DNA of 64,000 nucleotides from a virus. The notes under the pieces were generated by a model that saw nothing but the letters and a program-made list of their open reading frames with translations, searched no databases and was not told the DNA's origin. The stretch's first letter is position 1, and the number at the start of each line of letters is the position of its first letter. The position numbers were made by a program, and so were the translations under genes. Of the stretch, positions 10,093 through 20,491 are shown in pieces. The stretch lies in the IMG/VR virus record IMGVR_UViG_3300032240_001244, positions 1 to 64,000 of that record, one strand, 5' to 3'.

Positions 10093-12339
10093 ATGACAGA
10101 ACAAATTCTTTCTGCTGGAGTTTACTCCTACGAAAATGACCAGAGTTATTATACTCAAGGTACGACTGAGACAGGTTTAGCCCTTGTAGGTCCTACTGAA
10201 AAAGGAGCTGCTTTCGTTCCTACTGATGTGTCTAGCTATAGCCAGTACACAGCTTTATTTGGATCGGATCCTAACGTATCTTACTTACCACAAACTGCTT
10301 ATAACTACTTACAGGCAGGAAACACTGTTAAAGTAACTCGTGTACTTGGTAATGGTGGATTCATTTATAGGGGTTCAAATCCACTAGTAGCTATTACAAG
10401 TGGATCTTACATCCTATCAGTGTTGTATCCTACAAAAAATGATACACCTACAGTAGGTATTACAGGTTCTATAACAGGAACTTTTAGTTCTTTTGGAGCT
10501 GTAATGTACGGTGCAAGCGGCAGTGGTGTATTAGGCACAGCTTCTTTTAGCGCATCTTTAAATCCAACATCTGCCACTTACATATCAAAAGTATTGGGAT
10601 CAGATGAGAACTATGCAACTAGTTCAGTATTTCCTTATTTGCTATTTAGTAATTTTATTACAGGAAGCGGTGCATTAGTTAGCAATGATGATATAGCAGG
10701 TAATTTAGAATTCCTTACAGGTACTTGTGAATTTTCTAGTTCTAACTCTAGCGGATATGATCATGCGATAACTCCATGGGTATATGCTGATAGCGGAGCT
10801 CCTTTGTTCAGGTTCCATCATAGATCTGATGGATTCAAAACCAATAAAGACATTAAAGTTTGTATAGCTGGTATTACACAAGGAGCAACAGCAGCAGACT
10901 ATTCTACTTTTAGTATTATAGTTCGTGCTTGGAATGATACAGATAGAACTCCATCTATCATAGAACAGTACAATAATCTTTCATTAAACCCAGATTCTGC
11001 TAATTACATCTCTAAGATGATTGGAGACAAGTATCAAGAGTTTAGTGAGACTACATTGAATGTAATGGAACATGGAGATTTTGCTAATGTGTCTAACTAT
11101 ATTCGTGTAGAAGTAGCTGGTGGTGTGTCTGGAAAATCAATACACCCACAGTTGTATCCAAATGGACATGCTGCACTGTATGAGACAATAGCAGGATTTG
11201 AGAATGTAAATATACCAGCAGCAGTTCTTATTGCAAGTACAGCAAGTAGCGCAGTATATTCTGGATTTGATTATACAAATACAGATAACTACAACTATTT
11301 AAACCCAATTCCTACTGGTGCAAGTGAAGGTCTTAACAGTGATTTTGTTAAGCCAGCAGGGGATAATAAGTTTGTACTTCCTTTCCAAGGTGGTACAGAT
11401 GGTGTAAACTACACAGTGATTAAGAAATCAGGCGCTGATATAACTTCTGGTAACTTATTCGGATATGACTTAACTAACAGTACATCTCCTGGATCTGTTG
11501 CCTATATCAAAGCTCTTAACATTATATCTAATAAAGAACTTTATAACTTTGATCTTATAGCAGTACCTGGTGTACTTGAAGAATTACACTCATCAGTAAC
11601 AGCCGTGGCTCAAAGTACAGCAGAAGAACGCACAGACTGTGTATACCTTCGCGATTTAACAAGACTAAACTCATCTGTAGTAACAGCTATAACAACTGCA
11701 GCAGGACTTGATTCTAGCTACAGTGCTGCATACTACCCTTGGGTTAAAGTTCGTAGTGTTGGAACTTCTAAAGATATCTATGTTCCACCAACAGTAGTAG
11801 TTCCTCAAGCATACGCTTACAATGATAAGGTAGCTGCTGAGTGGTTTGCTCCTGCAGGTTTGAATCGTGGAGGTCTTGGTAGTGCAATCGATACTCGTAT
11901 CCGCCTTACTAAAGCTGATAGAGACGCTCTTTACAATGGTAGAGTTAACCCAATCGCTAAATTCCAGAACACTGGGGTAGTAATCTGGGGTCAGAAGACT
12001 CTTCAAGTTAGAGACACAGCTCTTAACCGCATCAATGTACGTAGATTGTTGATCAATCTTCGTGAATACATCAGTGGTGTAGCTCTCAACTATGTGTTTG
12101 AGAACAACACTGCAGCTACTAGGAACAAATTGATTTCTGCTATCACTCCATACATGGAAAATGTACAATCTCGTCAAGGTTTGTATGCTTTCAGGATTGA
12201 TATCAGCGACGCATTGAATACTAACGATGTAATCGATCGTAACCAACTTGTAGGTAAGATCTACGTATCTCCTGTTAAGTCTATCGAATTCATCTTGTTG
12301 GAATTCAACATCACAGGTACTGGAGTAAGTTTTGAATAA
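10093..12339 (+). CDS. Contractile tail sheath protein
   Basis: SAGVYSYEND N-terminus; YYPWV, WFAPAGLNRG, RVNPI, IWGQKTL, RINVRRL, PVKSIEFILLEF sheath motifs. Confidence 0.95.
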   Translation: MTEQILSAGVYSYENDQSYYTQGTTETGLALVGPTEKGAAFVPTDVSSYSQYTALFGSDPNVSYLPQTAYNYLQAGNTVKVTRVLGNGGFIYRGSNPLVAITSGSYILSVLYPTKNDTPTVGITGSITGTFSSFGAVMYGASGSGVLGTASFSASLNPTSATYISKVLGSDENYATSSVFPYLLFSNFITGSGALVSNDDIAGNLEFLTGTCEFSSSNSSGYDHAITPWVYADSGAPLFRFHHRSDGFKTNKDIKVCIAGITQGATAADYSTFSIIVRAWNDTDRTPSIIEQYNNLSLNPDSANYISKMIGDKYQEFSETTLNVMEHGDFANVSNYIRVEVAGGVSGKSIHPQLYPNGHAALYETIAGFENVNIPAAVLIASTASSAVYSGFDYTNTDNYNYLNPIPTGASEGLNSDFVKPAGDNKFVLPFQGGTDGVNYTVIKKSGADITSGNLFGYDLTNSTSPGSVAYIKALNIISNKELYNFDLIAVPGVLEELHSSVTAVAQSTAEERTDCVYLRDLTRLNSSVVTAITTAAGLDSSYSAAYYPWVKVRSVGTSKDIYVPPTVVVPQAYAYNDKVAAEWFAPAGLNRGGLGSAIDTRIRLTKADRDALYNGRVNPIAKFQNTGVVIWGQKTLQVRDTALNRINVRRLLINLREYISGVALNYVFENNTAATRNKLISAITPYMENVQSRQGLYAFRIDISDALNTNDVIDRNQLVGKIYVSPVKSIEFILLEFNITGTGVSFE

Positions 12340-12372
12340 TCAAATATTTATAATAGAATAAAATAACATAAA

Positions 12373-12861
12373 ATGGCATTACTTAGTACAGATGAGATGT
12401 TGGGTACCTTGTTCGAGCCTATGCTCCAACACAGGTTTATCATGTATATCGATGGAATCCCTTCATACTTGATCAAAAAAGTAGGTGGTATTGGATATGA
12501 TGATGGTGAAGTTATCATCGATCATATCAACTCTTATGTAAAATTCCGCGCTAAACGTAGGTGGAATGACGTTACCCTTAGCCTTTATAACCCAGTAACC
12601 CCTTCTGGTGCGCAAGCAGTAATGGAGTGGAGTAGATTAGGGTACGAGACTGTAACCGGAAGAGCTGGATACGGTGACTTCTACTGGAAAGATATTACTT
12701 TCAACGCAGTAGATCCTGTAGGTAACGTGGTAAACGAGTGGGTGATTAAGAAGGCTTTCATTAAGAGTGTAAGTTCTTTTGGAGACTGGGATTGGGGAGC
12801 TGATGCTTACACTACAATCGAAATGACTCTAGGAAATTCAGGGATGATCTTGAACTTCTAG
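12373..12861 (+). CDS. Tail tube protein (T4 gp19-like)
   Basis: Follows sheath; WNDVTLSLYNP, AVMEW, DPVGNVVNEW motifs. Confidence 0.9.
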   Translation: MALLSTDEMLGTLFEPMLQHRFIMYIDGIPSYLIKKVGGIGYDDGEVIIDHINSYVKFRAKRRWNDVTLSLYNPVTPSGAQAVMEWSRLGYETVTGRAGYGDFYWKDITFNAVDPVGNVVNEWVIKKAFIKSVSSFGDWDWGADAYTTIEMTLGNSGMILNF

Positions 12862-12878
12862 ATCTATAAATCATCAAG

Positions 12879-12914
12879 AAAGCCCGTATCATAGCAATAT
12901 GACGGGCTTTTTTT
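12879..12914 (+). terminator. Intrinsic terminator after tail tube gene
   Basis: AAAGCCCGT...ACGGGCTTT stem followed by T tract. Confidence 0.8.
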
Positions 12915-12925
12915 ATCTTTATACT

Positions 12926-13519
12926 ATGAAAACAGCAGCCTCAAATTTTATAGAACACGTTAAATCAGAGTGCGAACACTACCATATTAAGTGTGATTTG
13001 AGGGATACAACGTATGTAAAGATATCAGATTCCATAAAAGCCTCAGGATATTTTGATGAATCTGTTCCTACTTTAGTGTGTTCTATGAAACGTAAAGATA
13101 GCATAGAGATACTGGCTCATGAGTACGGACATTTGACCCAATGGGTGGATAATATACCTCTGTGGAAGAGTGTAGAATACAGTATGCCAAAGCTAGATGC
13201 ATGGCTAGGAGGTGAGGAAGTGCCGAATATAAAGGAACACATCGCAAACTGTAGAGATCTAGAACTGGATAATGAAAAACGCACAATTAAAATTATAAAA
13301 AAGTTCAAATTACCTATAGACTTAGGAAATTACAGGAAGAAAGCTAATAGCTATGTCATGTTTTACAACTACATGCTTATTTCTAGAAGGTGGTGTACCC
13401 CGGAAAACAGTCCATATGGTAATAAACGGATTATAGAGGCTATGCCAAAAAGGTTTAATATGAATTATACCAAACTTCCTAAGAGAATAGAGAAGATATT
13501 TACAGAAGAAGGGTTCTAA
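12926..13519 (+). CDS. HEXXH putative zinc metalloprotein
   Basis: ILAHEYGH plus downstream LELDNE; ATG 12926 lies after the terminator. Confidence 0.6.
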   Translation: MKTAASNFIEHVKSECEHYHIKCDLRDTTYVKISDSIKASGYFDESVPTLVCSMKRKDSIEILAHEYGHLTQWVDNIPLWKSVEYSMPKLDAWLGGEEVPNIKEHIANCRDLELDNEKRTIKIIKKFKLPIDLGNYRKKANSYVMFYNYMLISRRWCTPENSPYGNKRIIEAMPKRFNMNYTKLPKRIEKIFTEEGF

Positions 13520-13572
13520 TATTTATATTTATACCGTATATTTGATATTTATATACACAAATTGTATTAAAA

Positions 13573-14247
13573 ATGAAGCAATCTCAAAAGCTTGATGCAC
13601 TTATTAGCAAAATTATTAACGAGGAACTAGGCAGCATAAAAGAAGAAGACGCAGAAAAAGAATATGTAACACAGGATGGTACTGGGAAAACTGCTACTTC
13701 AAAGCAAAAACAGTCAATAGCTAAATCTAGACCCGGAACTACAATAACATACAGAAAAGCCGGATCAGCAACTACAAGTACAACTTTAGAAGAAAAAGAA
13801 GAAGAAATGCAAGAACCAAATATGGAACAGCAACCAAAAGGATCAGAAATAGCTGGTCAAGTAGCTGAGATTATGGAGAAACTTAAAGCCATGACTAGCG
13901 GAGATGATAAAAAGAAAGTAAGCCATGCTTCTAAAGTAATGAAGCACATGGAATCTGCTAAGGCTGCATTAGAAGCCCTTGCAGGACATGAAGCAATGCT
14001 TGAAGAGAAAGAGCAAGCTGCTAAAGAAAAAGACGCACAAGGCCATCTAAAAGCTATTGAGAAGCATCTTGGAAAGATTGTAAAGGATAAAGATGCTGTA
14101 GGCAAGATGATGAAGAAGATGCCTATCGAGAAAGTGATTGCTATGAAGCAGCAAATGCAAAGCAAAGAAAAAGAGCTTGATGAAGAAAAACTTGCTAAAA
14201 TAATGCTAAAGCATTCTTTGAAAGAAGGTTGGGTAAAAAAAAAGTAA
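13573..14247 (+). CDS. Hypothetical charged helical protein, possibly virion-internal
   Basis: 224 aa behind TATTTATA motif; ends in A9G slippery run. Confidence 0.7.
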   Translation: MKQSQKLDALISKIINEELGSIKEEDAEKEYVTQDGTGKTATSKQKQSIAKSRPGTTITYRKAGSATTSTTLEEKEEEMQEPNMEQQPKGSEIAGQVAEIMEKLKAMTSGDDKKKVSHASKVMKHMESAKAALEALAGHEAMLEEKEQAAKEKDAQGHLKAIEKHLGKIVKDKDAVGKMMKKMPIEKVIAMKQQMQSKEKELDEEKLAKIMLKHSLKEGWVKKK

Positions 14248-14987
14248 ATTCTGAACAGATAAACGAAGGGGTTAAAGATGCTTTATTAGGTGCTTTAATG
14301 AGTTTGTCTTTTATGACACCTGCTAAAGCACAACAAACTGCTAATGCTTTAATTAGTAATATACCTGCTTCTAAGGTAGCAGCTATGTCACAGGATATTA
14401 AATCTGCAGATAATACAGCAGATCTATCTTCAATTATAAAGTCTTATAGTTCAGATACAGAAGATATAAAAGTTGATTCAAATATTCCAAAACCTTCTGG
14501 ATATAAGCCTCTTAGCGTAGAGCAAAGAGAAGATTGGAATAAATATCTCCATTATTTAGGGGACAAAGCCGGAAGTGCCAATTTGGATAAAGGAGCCCCA
14601 GAGACTCAAGGAATGAAAGAGCTAAAAGCTTATTTACAAGCTAATCCAAATAGTAGTTTATCAAAGTTTGGAAACCCAGAAGACCTGATAAAGAGTATTC
14701 AATATGAAATGAAACTAATAAGAGGAGGAAAAGAATTTCCACAACTTACTCCATTTGAATTAAAAGCTTTACAAACTCTATTATTAAAAAATAGAAAGCC
14801 CTTCATGATGGTCCACAAGTCAGACTCAGACGGAAATCCAGGACAATATACAACTCAAGAGTATTATCCTCTATTTGGGACAAGTGCTGATTATAAAAAA
14901 GTAATAAATATTGTATATAAAACTTTAGTTAGAGGCCATAATATTACAACTGTGGATGGAGTAAACCTGGAAAAAATGATTAAATAA
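14229..14987 (+). CDS. Hypothetical protein, possibly a -1 frameshift extension of the upstream gene
   Basis: Open in the -1 frame across the A9 run; only a TTG start at the overlap. Confidence 0.6.
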   Translation: MGKKKVNSEQINEGVKDALLGALMSLSFMTPAKAQQTANALISNIPASKVAAMSQDIKSADNTADLSSIIKSYSSDTEDIKVDSNIPKPSGYKPLSVEQREDWNKYLHYLGDKAGSANLDKGAPETQGMKELKAYLQANPNSSLSKFGNPEDLIKSIQYEMKLIRGGKEFPQLTPFELKALQTLLLKNRKPFMMVHKSDSDGNPGQYTTQEYYPLFGTSADYKKVINIVYKTLVRGHNITTVDGVNLEKMIK

Positions 14988-15038
14988 AAAATACTCTATA
15001 CAAGTAAACTTCCTGCTACCTCAGGGCGCCTCACATAG

Positions 15039-15078
15039 AAAGCCACATCTCTTAGACCAGGTGTGGTTTTTCTTTTTA
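15039..15078 (+). terminator. Intrinsic terminator
   Basis: AAAGCCACATCT...AGGTGTGGTTTT stem plus T tract. Confidence 0.7.
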
Positions 15079-15121
15079 TAAAAACCCAAATCAATATATT
15101 TATATATACAAAATATAGTTT

Positions 15122-15886
15122 ATGCCAGATTTATTAAATGTTCCAACACAGACCTTAGATTTACCATCAAAAGGTTTACTTTATCCAGAATCTAGTCCAC
15201 TAAGTTCAGGACAAATTGAACTCTACTTGCCAACAGCAATGCACGAAGATATCCTTACTAATAGGAACTTCATCCAACAGGGAAGTGTAATAGACAAGTT
15301 CCTACAGGCTATTATAGCCTCAAAGATTGACTACAGTGAATTGTTAGTAGGAGATAAGAATGCTATTATGATAGGAGCTAGAATCCTTGCATATGGTAGC
15401 AAGTACTCATTCAAGTACACAGACCCCACTTCAAACCAATCAGAAGAAGTAACTATTGACCTTTCTGAGTTGAAAGAAAAAGAACTTGACTGGGATTCTG
15501 TAAAAAAAGGACAGAATGAGTTTGATTATCAACTACCTATGTCAAAGCAATTGGTGACGTATAAAATTCTCACCCACAAGGATGAAGCAGCTATTGAGGC
15601 TGAAATCAAAGGTTTACAGAAGATAAACAAAAACATGTCTGCTGAGATTACTGTGAGATTAGCACATTCTATTGTAGCTGTTAATGGAGATAGAGATAAG
15701 AAAGTAGTGAGAGATTTTATTAAGGCAATGCCAATGAGAGACTCCCAAGATCTTAGAAAGGCAATGACAACATCCACACCAGATATTGTAATGAAGTTTG
15801 ATTTTACCAGAAAGAATGGAGAGGTAGTGGAGGGCCTAAGTATACCGATGACGGTTGACTTTTTTTGGCCTGAACTCGGAGTATAG
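15122..15886 (+). CDS. Tail assembly chaperone/baseplate hub assembly protein (T4 gp26-like)
   Basis: PTQTLDLPSKGLLY, EDIL, LLVGDKNAIMIGARILAYG, ends FFWP; two genes upstream of tape measure. Confidence 0.7.
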   Translation: MPDLLNVPTQTLDLPSKGLLYPESSPLSSGQIELYLPTAMHEDILTNRNFIQQGSVIDKFLQAIIASKIDYSELLVGDKNAIMIGARILAYGSKYSFKYTDPTSNQSEEVTIDLSELKEKELDWDSVKKGQNEFDYQLPMSKQLVTYKILTHKDEAAIEAEIKGLQKINKNMSAEITVRLAHSIVAVNGDRDKKVVRDFIKAMPMRDSQDLRKAMTTSTPDIVMKFDFTRKNGEVVEGLSIPMTVDFFWPELGV

Positions 15887-16136
15887 AAATCACCTGTTTG
15901 ATGAACTTCTATGGCTATCTATGAATAGCCAAGGTGGTATAAGTTATGCACAGGCATATCACATGCCTATAGCATATAGACTAATTAACATAAAAAAACT
16001 ATCCGACATCATTAAGAAACATAATGATGAAATGGAAAAGGCTAGTAGTAAGGGAAATACCATGAGTATGGAGGATTTAGCCAAGAGGAAAGAACAGACC
16101 CCAGACTATAAGTCTCCGAGAGCCGCTAAAAAATAG
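15855..16136 (+). CDS. Short tail assembly chaperone partner, likely a frameshift extension
   Basis: Overlaps upstream gene at a T7 run; GGISYAQAYHMPIAYR motif; immediately precedes tape measure. Confidence 0.6.
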   Translation: MTFFGLNSEYRNHLFDELLWLSMNSQGGISYAQAYHMPIAYRLINIKKLSDIIKKHNDEMEKASSKGNTMSMEDLAKRKEQTPDYKSPRAAKK

Positions 16137-16144
16137 CGGCTTTC
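16120..16144 (+). terminator. Hairpin terminator
   Basis: AGCCGCTA-aaaaa-TAGCGGCT followed by short T run. Confidence 0.55.
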
Positions 16145-16167
16145 ATATTTATATATAAAGCATATAG

Positions 16168-18312
16168 ATGGCAACAACAGATCCATTTGAGAAGTTTAGA
16201 GAAGATGCAGCAAATGATATAAGTGCTGTAAATAGGGAGTTGTTGGCAACTACTGACTTAAGTAAAGAACTTGACAAGGAGTTTAATAAAATCAATAGTA
16301 ATTTAAGATCTACTTATAACAGTACTACAAGTGTAAGAGACGCTTTAATTAGTACTTTAGATTTAGTTTCTAAACTTGGTAGAGAGTATGTTGATGCAGA
16401 TAAAATAACAGAAAGAATTGTAGAAAATAATACTAAAAATTTAAACAGTCAAGCAAGTGCAAAAAGTATATATGATGGTATATTAACATCTTATACAAGT
16501 CAATTAGGAAGCCAAACTCAAGCTTTAAGTTTATTAGGTACTCAAGAACAGTATTACCAAGATATTTTATCAAGAATGGAAAGTAGCAGCGCTACTATCA
16601 GAGCTACTGTAGATAATGAAGAAAAAGAATTAGTTGTTTTAATGCAACAGATAGAATCGAGAAATATCATAAACAAATTATTAGCAGATGCACAAGCTAA
16701 AGTAGATGGGTTTAATAAAAAAGTACAAGAGACTTCCGTAAAAGCTACGGCCTTATCTAAGATATTTGGGTCTATTTCAGGAATTCCATTCCTAAAAGAT
16801 TTTATGAATTTTAAACAACTATCTGATGCATTCCAAAAAGGTTTTGGTCCTGGAATGAAGGATTTAGGGTCACAACTTAAATCTATATTAAGAAGTCCTT
16901 TATTTTTAGCGCTGGCATTAGTAGCTGCACTTAGAGCTATAGTAAAGCTAGCATTTGATTATGATAAGATAGTAACTGATATATCTAACAACACAGGCAT
17001 AACAAAAAATGCCAGCATAGATTTATTAGATACATTCAGAGGAATATCAGCAGAAGGTTCTAAAGTAGTAGGTTCTTTAAGTACTGCATTTTTATCTGTC
17101 AAGAATCAAGCTAATGCAATGCTTGAATTACAAGATACATTGGAAACAAATGCATTGTTTACCAATGAAAGAATTCAAAACGAAATCTTGTTAACAAAAC
17201 AGATGAAAATGTCCAAAGAAGAAGCTACCGGTATCCAAAAGCTATCTTTAATAACAGGACAATCAGCAGAGAAGATATTGAATACTGCTATGAAGCAGAA
17301 TAATACTGCTATATCATATAAAAAAGTATTTGCAGAAATATCAAAGCTTAATTCAGAAATATCAACAGCATATAAAAATAACCCAGAGTTAATAGCTAAA
17401 GCTGTAATAGAAGCTAATAAATTAGGAATGTCTTTAGAGCAAACTCAAAAGATATCTAAAAGTTTATTAGATTTTGAATCTTCTATATCTGGAGAATTAG
17501 AATCTGAGCTTCTTCTTGGTAAACAATTTAATTTTGAAAAAGCAAGAGCCTTAGCTCTTGACGGAAGATCAGCAGAAGCTGCTACTGAATTAATGAGTCA
17601 GATAGGAGGTATAAACGCTTTGACTCAAATGAATGTAATACAGCGTGAAAGATTGGCTGCTTCTATTGGAATGTCAGCAGAGGAATTAACTACTTCTGCT
17701 AGAGAACAAGCTGTATTAAATGCTTTAGGAGTAGAAAATAAAAATGCTTTAGAGGAAAGATATGAAATATTAAGGAAGAACGGAGATTTAGCTGGTATAG
17801 AAGCTCTTAAAGCTGAAGCAGCTAAGAAAGAAGGAGGGGCTTTATTGATCCAAGACATAGCAAGGGCTAATTTACAAGATAGATTCAACGCATCAATGGA
17901 AAGAGTAAAAGAGATATTTACTGAACTTTCTACAAGTTTAATTCCAATTATTGAAAATCTTGCTAAATTTTTATCAAATACAACTATTTTAAAAATTGTA
18001 TTAGCAAGTTTAGTGGGTATAACAGCTATGATAGCAGCAAACATAGCTATGGCAACAGGTGGAATATCCTTATTAGTTGGTGGATTAGCTGCATTAGGGG
18101 CAGGTTATATGATAAGCGGTGGAGCAGGTGAAGCTTCACTCCCAACTAAAAATACTGCTTTACCTACCTTTAATCAACAAGGAGGAGGAGGTACTTCTAC
18201 AGGAAATACTTCAGGAGGAAGCAGTAGCCAACAAACAACAGCACACTTTTATTTAGATAGTAAACAGTTTGCCACAGCAATAGCTAGTTCTAATCATACA
18301 TCAGGAACATAA
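16168..18312 (+). CDS. Tail tape measure protein
   Basis: Long helical Ala/Leu-rich protein; LLDFESSISGELESELLLGKQFNFEKARALAL; hydrophobic segments; synteny. Confidence 0.8.
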   Translation: MATTDPFEKFREDAANDISAVNRELLATTDLSKELDKEFNKINSNLRSTYNSTTSVRDALISTLDLVSKLGREYVDADKITERIVENNTKNLNSQASAKSIYDGILTSYTSQLGSQTQALSLLGTQEQYYQDILSRMESSSATIRATVDNEEKELVVLMQQIESRNIINKLLADAQAKVDGFNKKVQETSVKATALSKIFGSISGIPFLKDFMNFKQLSDAFQKGFGPGMKDLGSQLKSILRSPLFLALALVAALRAIVKLAFDYDKIVTDISNNTGITKNASIDLLDTFRGISAEGSKVVGSLSTAFLSVKNQANAMLELQDTLETNALFTNERIQNEILLTKQMKMSKEEATGIQKLSLITGQSAEKILNTAMKQNNTAISYKKVFAEISKLNSEISTAYKNNPELIAKAVIEANKLGMSLEQTQKISKSLLDFESSISGELESELLLGKQFNFEKARALALDGRSAEAATELMSQIGGINALTQMNVIQRERLAASIGMSAEELTTSAREQAVLNALGVENKNALEERYEILRKNGDLAGIEALKAEAAKKEGGALLIQDIARANLQDRFNASMERVKEIFTELSTSLIPIIENLAKFLSNTTILKIVLASLVGITAMIAANIAMATGGISLLVGGLAALGAGYMISGGAGEASLPTKNTALPTFNQQGGGGTSTGNTSGGSSSQQTTAHFYLDSKQFATAIASSNHTSGT

Positions 18313-18324
18313 AATAAACACAAC

Positions 18325-20187
18325 GTGCCATCATTACAAGATTTATCAAATAATTTAGCAAACTATCGATACTATAGTGGAGTAGGTACATTTAATGCAA
18401 ACAAACTTCCTTTTGGTAAAGATACCCAAGGTGGAGGAGATAGTAGGCAACCGTTTGTAGTTAGAAAGATAGATCAAAGATGGTCCCCATCTAATTTTAA
18501 TGATACTTTAACTCAATTTGGAGCAGTAACAACTGTAACTAGAACTTTAAAAGATGTAGAAAGAATATCTAAATTTTTATACACTACTATACAAGGACCT
18601 TTGTTTTTGTTAAAACAGACAGGGTTACAAAGAATGAATCCTGATACAGAACAATCAGGAAACAAAATAGGTAAATTGAGAACTTATAATCCATTAGGAA
18701 TAAACACTATTGCACAAGTAGCAGTAAATGCTAGTGGAGTTAAATTTACAAAACATGGATTATACCCTACTGTTAGTAAACAAGATTCCTATGAAAAATT
18801 TGCTAAAAAAAGAGATACAGATTATGTAGATAGGTTATATCTTTTAACAAGAGATTTAAGTAATAAAGATAGACGTAATTATATAGAAAAATATATTGGA
18901 GGATCTGAATCTTTTTATGGAATAGGAAAGACTACTATTAATAGATCATACTATACTTTAAATAATGGAGTAGCAGATGACTTTAGCGGATTTATATCAA
19001 TACCAATAACTAATCTTTATAAAATATCCCCTACTATGACTGGTGGAGGAATTCCAACAACTAGGGATATACCTGTAGATCCTACAAAAATTAAAGAAGC
19101 AGAGGGAGAATTAATACCTGCTAATTTAATAGCTCCTGGAGTAATAACTCCTGAAGTTAGAGGCAATACTTACAGTTTAAATAGTACAGAAGATTTTAGA
19201 AAGTATAAAAACGCATTAAATAAAAAGAACGAATCTAAAGGAGCAGAGTTACTTGAATCAAATTACGGTTATTTTAATATAGAAAAAAGAATAGGGGTAG
19301 CTAGAGTCAGAAAACCAGAAGAAAAAACAAATTATACAACACCAGCAGATACCGCAGATAGACTAAATGCTATTGGTTTATATTATGCCGCAGGCCCAGC
19401 AGCAACCACTACAGATGTTAATGGCAAGCCTGTTAATAATAAAGATAATCCGGAAAGCTTTATTCGTGACATTATAAAATTTCGTATAAAGATATTAGAT
19501 AATGATGTTAGACCTGACGCTAAGGGTAATAGTATGGGTGTGTACATAGTGTTCAGGGCTTATATATCAAACATTCGTAGAAACGTAGTGTCTAAGTGGG
19601 ATGCTTACAAGTATGTGGGTAGAGGAGAATCATTTTATGCATATGATGGATTCACAGAAACTATAACATATTCTTTTGTTATAGCAGCATCTTCCCGTGC
19701 AGAGATGAAACCTTTATATCAAAAATTAAACTATCTAATATCTTCAATGACTCCTGATTATAAGGATAATTTAATGAGGGGAAATATAGCAGAATTAACT
19801 ATAGGGGATTTTGTATTGTATCAACCAGGTATAATTACTAACTTTGATATGAACATAGACGAAGATTCTAACTGGGAAATAGCTTTGCAAGAACCTGATA
19901 CAGGAACTACAGGAACCGATACAGATATGCATGAGTTACCGCAGTTAATAAAATGTAATATGACATTTATACCTATATACAATTTCTTACCTAGAAAGTC
20001 TTCTGAAGCTCCGTTTATAGGAATAGATGGATTGTCAGAGAATAAACCTGGCAAACAATGGTTAAGAGGAACTCAAGCAGCGTTAGACAAAGGAAAAGAG
20101 ACAGCATTGGCCAGTTTAAAATCTGGAAAAAAGAAAGGTACTGTGTATGTAGAGCCAGTAGATAAATCTTATAAAATAGGAGAATGA
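18325..20187 (+). CDS. Baseplate/tail tube initiator-like protein
   Basis: FRAYI...W..YKYVGRGESFYAYDGF...LTIGD...PGII pattern; follows tape measure. Confidence 0.6.
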   Translation: MPSLQDLSNNLANYRYYSGVGTFNANKLPFGKDTQGGGDSRQPFVVRKIDQRWSPSNFNDTLTQFGAVTTVTRTLKDVERISKFLYTTIQGPLFLLKQTGLQRMNPDTEQSGNKIGKLRTYNPLGINTIAQVAVNASGVKFTKHGLYPTVSKQDSYEKFAKKRDTDYVDRLYLLTRDLSNKDRRNYIEKYIGGSESFYGIGKTTINRSYYTLNNGVADDFSGFISIPITNLYKISPTMTGGGIPTTRDIPVDPTKIKEAEGELIPANLIAPGVITPEVRGNTYSLNSTEDFRKYKNALNKKNESKGAELLESNYGYFNIEKRIGVARVRKPEEKTNYTTPADTADRLNAIGLYYAAGPAATTTDVNGKPVNNKDNPESFIRDIIKFRIKILDNDVRPDAKGNSMGVYIVFRAYISNIRRNVVSKWDAYKYVGRGESFYAYDGFTETITYSFVIAASSRAEMKPLYQKLNYLISSMTPDYKDNLMRGNIAELTIGDFVLYQPGIITNFDMNIDEDSNWEIALQEPDTGTTGTDTDMHELPQLIKCNMTFIPIYNFLPRKSSEAPFIGIDGLSENKPGKQWLRGTQAALDKGKETALASLKSGKKKGTVYVEPVDKSYKIGE

Positions 20188-20486
20188 GCAGATATTCAAA
20201 CATAAAAGTATTAAAAGATAGTGAAAATAGCAGAAGATACTATAGGGCATCCAAGTACCCGGACATAGCATTTTCTGAGGCAGATACATACATAGAAGCT
20301 GCCTACGGAGATAGACTAGATATAATATCATATGATTATTATAAATCTACAGAATACTATTGGGTCATATTGGTAGCAAACAATCTCCCAGGAGATAGCA
20401 TCTTTATACCCCCAGGAACTCAACTAAGAATACCAGCAGACCTTGGTCAAATATTAGCCGATTATGACTCTCTAAACAGTATATAA
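20184..20486 (+). CDS. LysM/tail-X-like baseplate protein
   Basis: GDRLDIISYDYY....YWVILVANNL.....PPGTQLRIP. Confidence 0.8.
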   Translation: MSRYSNIKVLKDSENSRRYYRASKYPDIAFSEADTYIEAAYGDRLDIISYDYYKSTEYYWVILVANNLPGDSIFIPPGTQLRIPADLGQILADYDSLNSI

Positions 20487-20491
20487 TAGTT

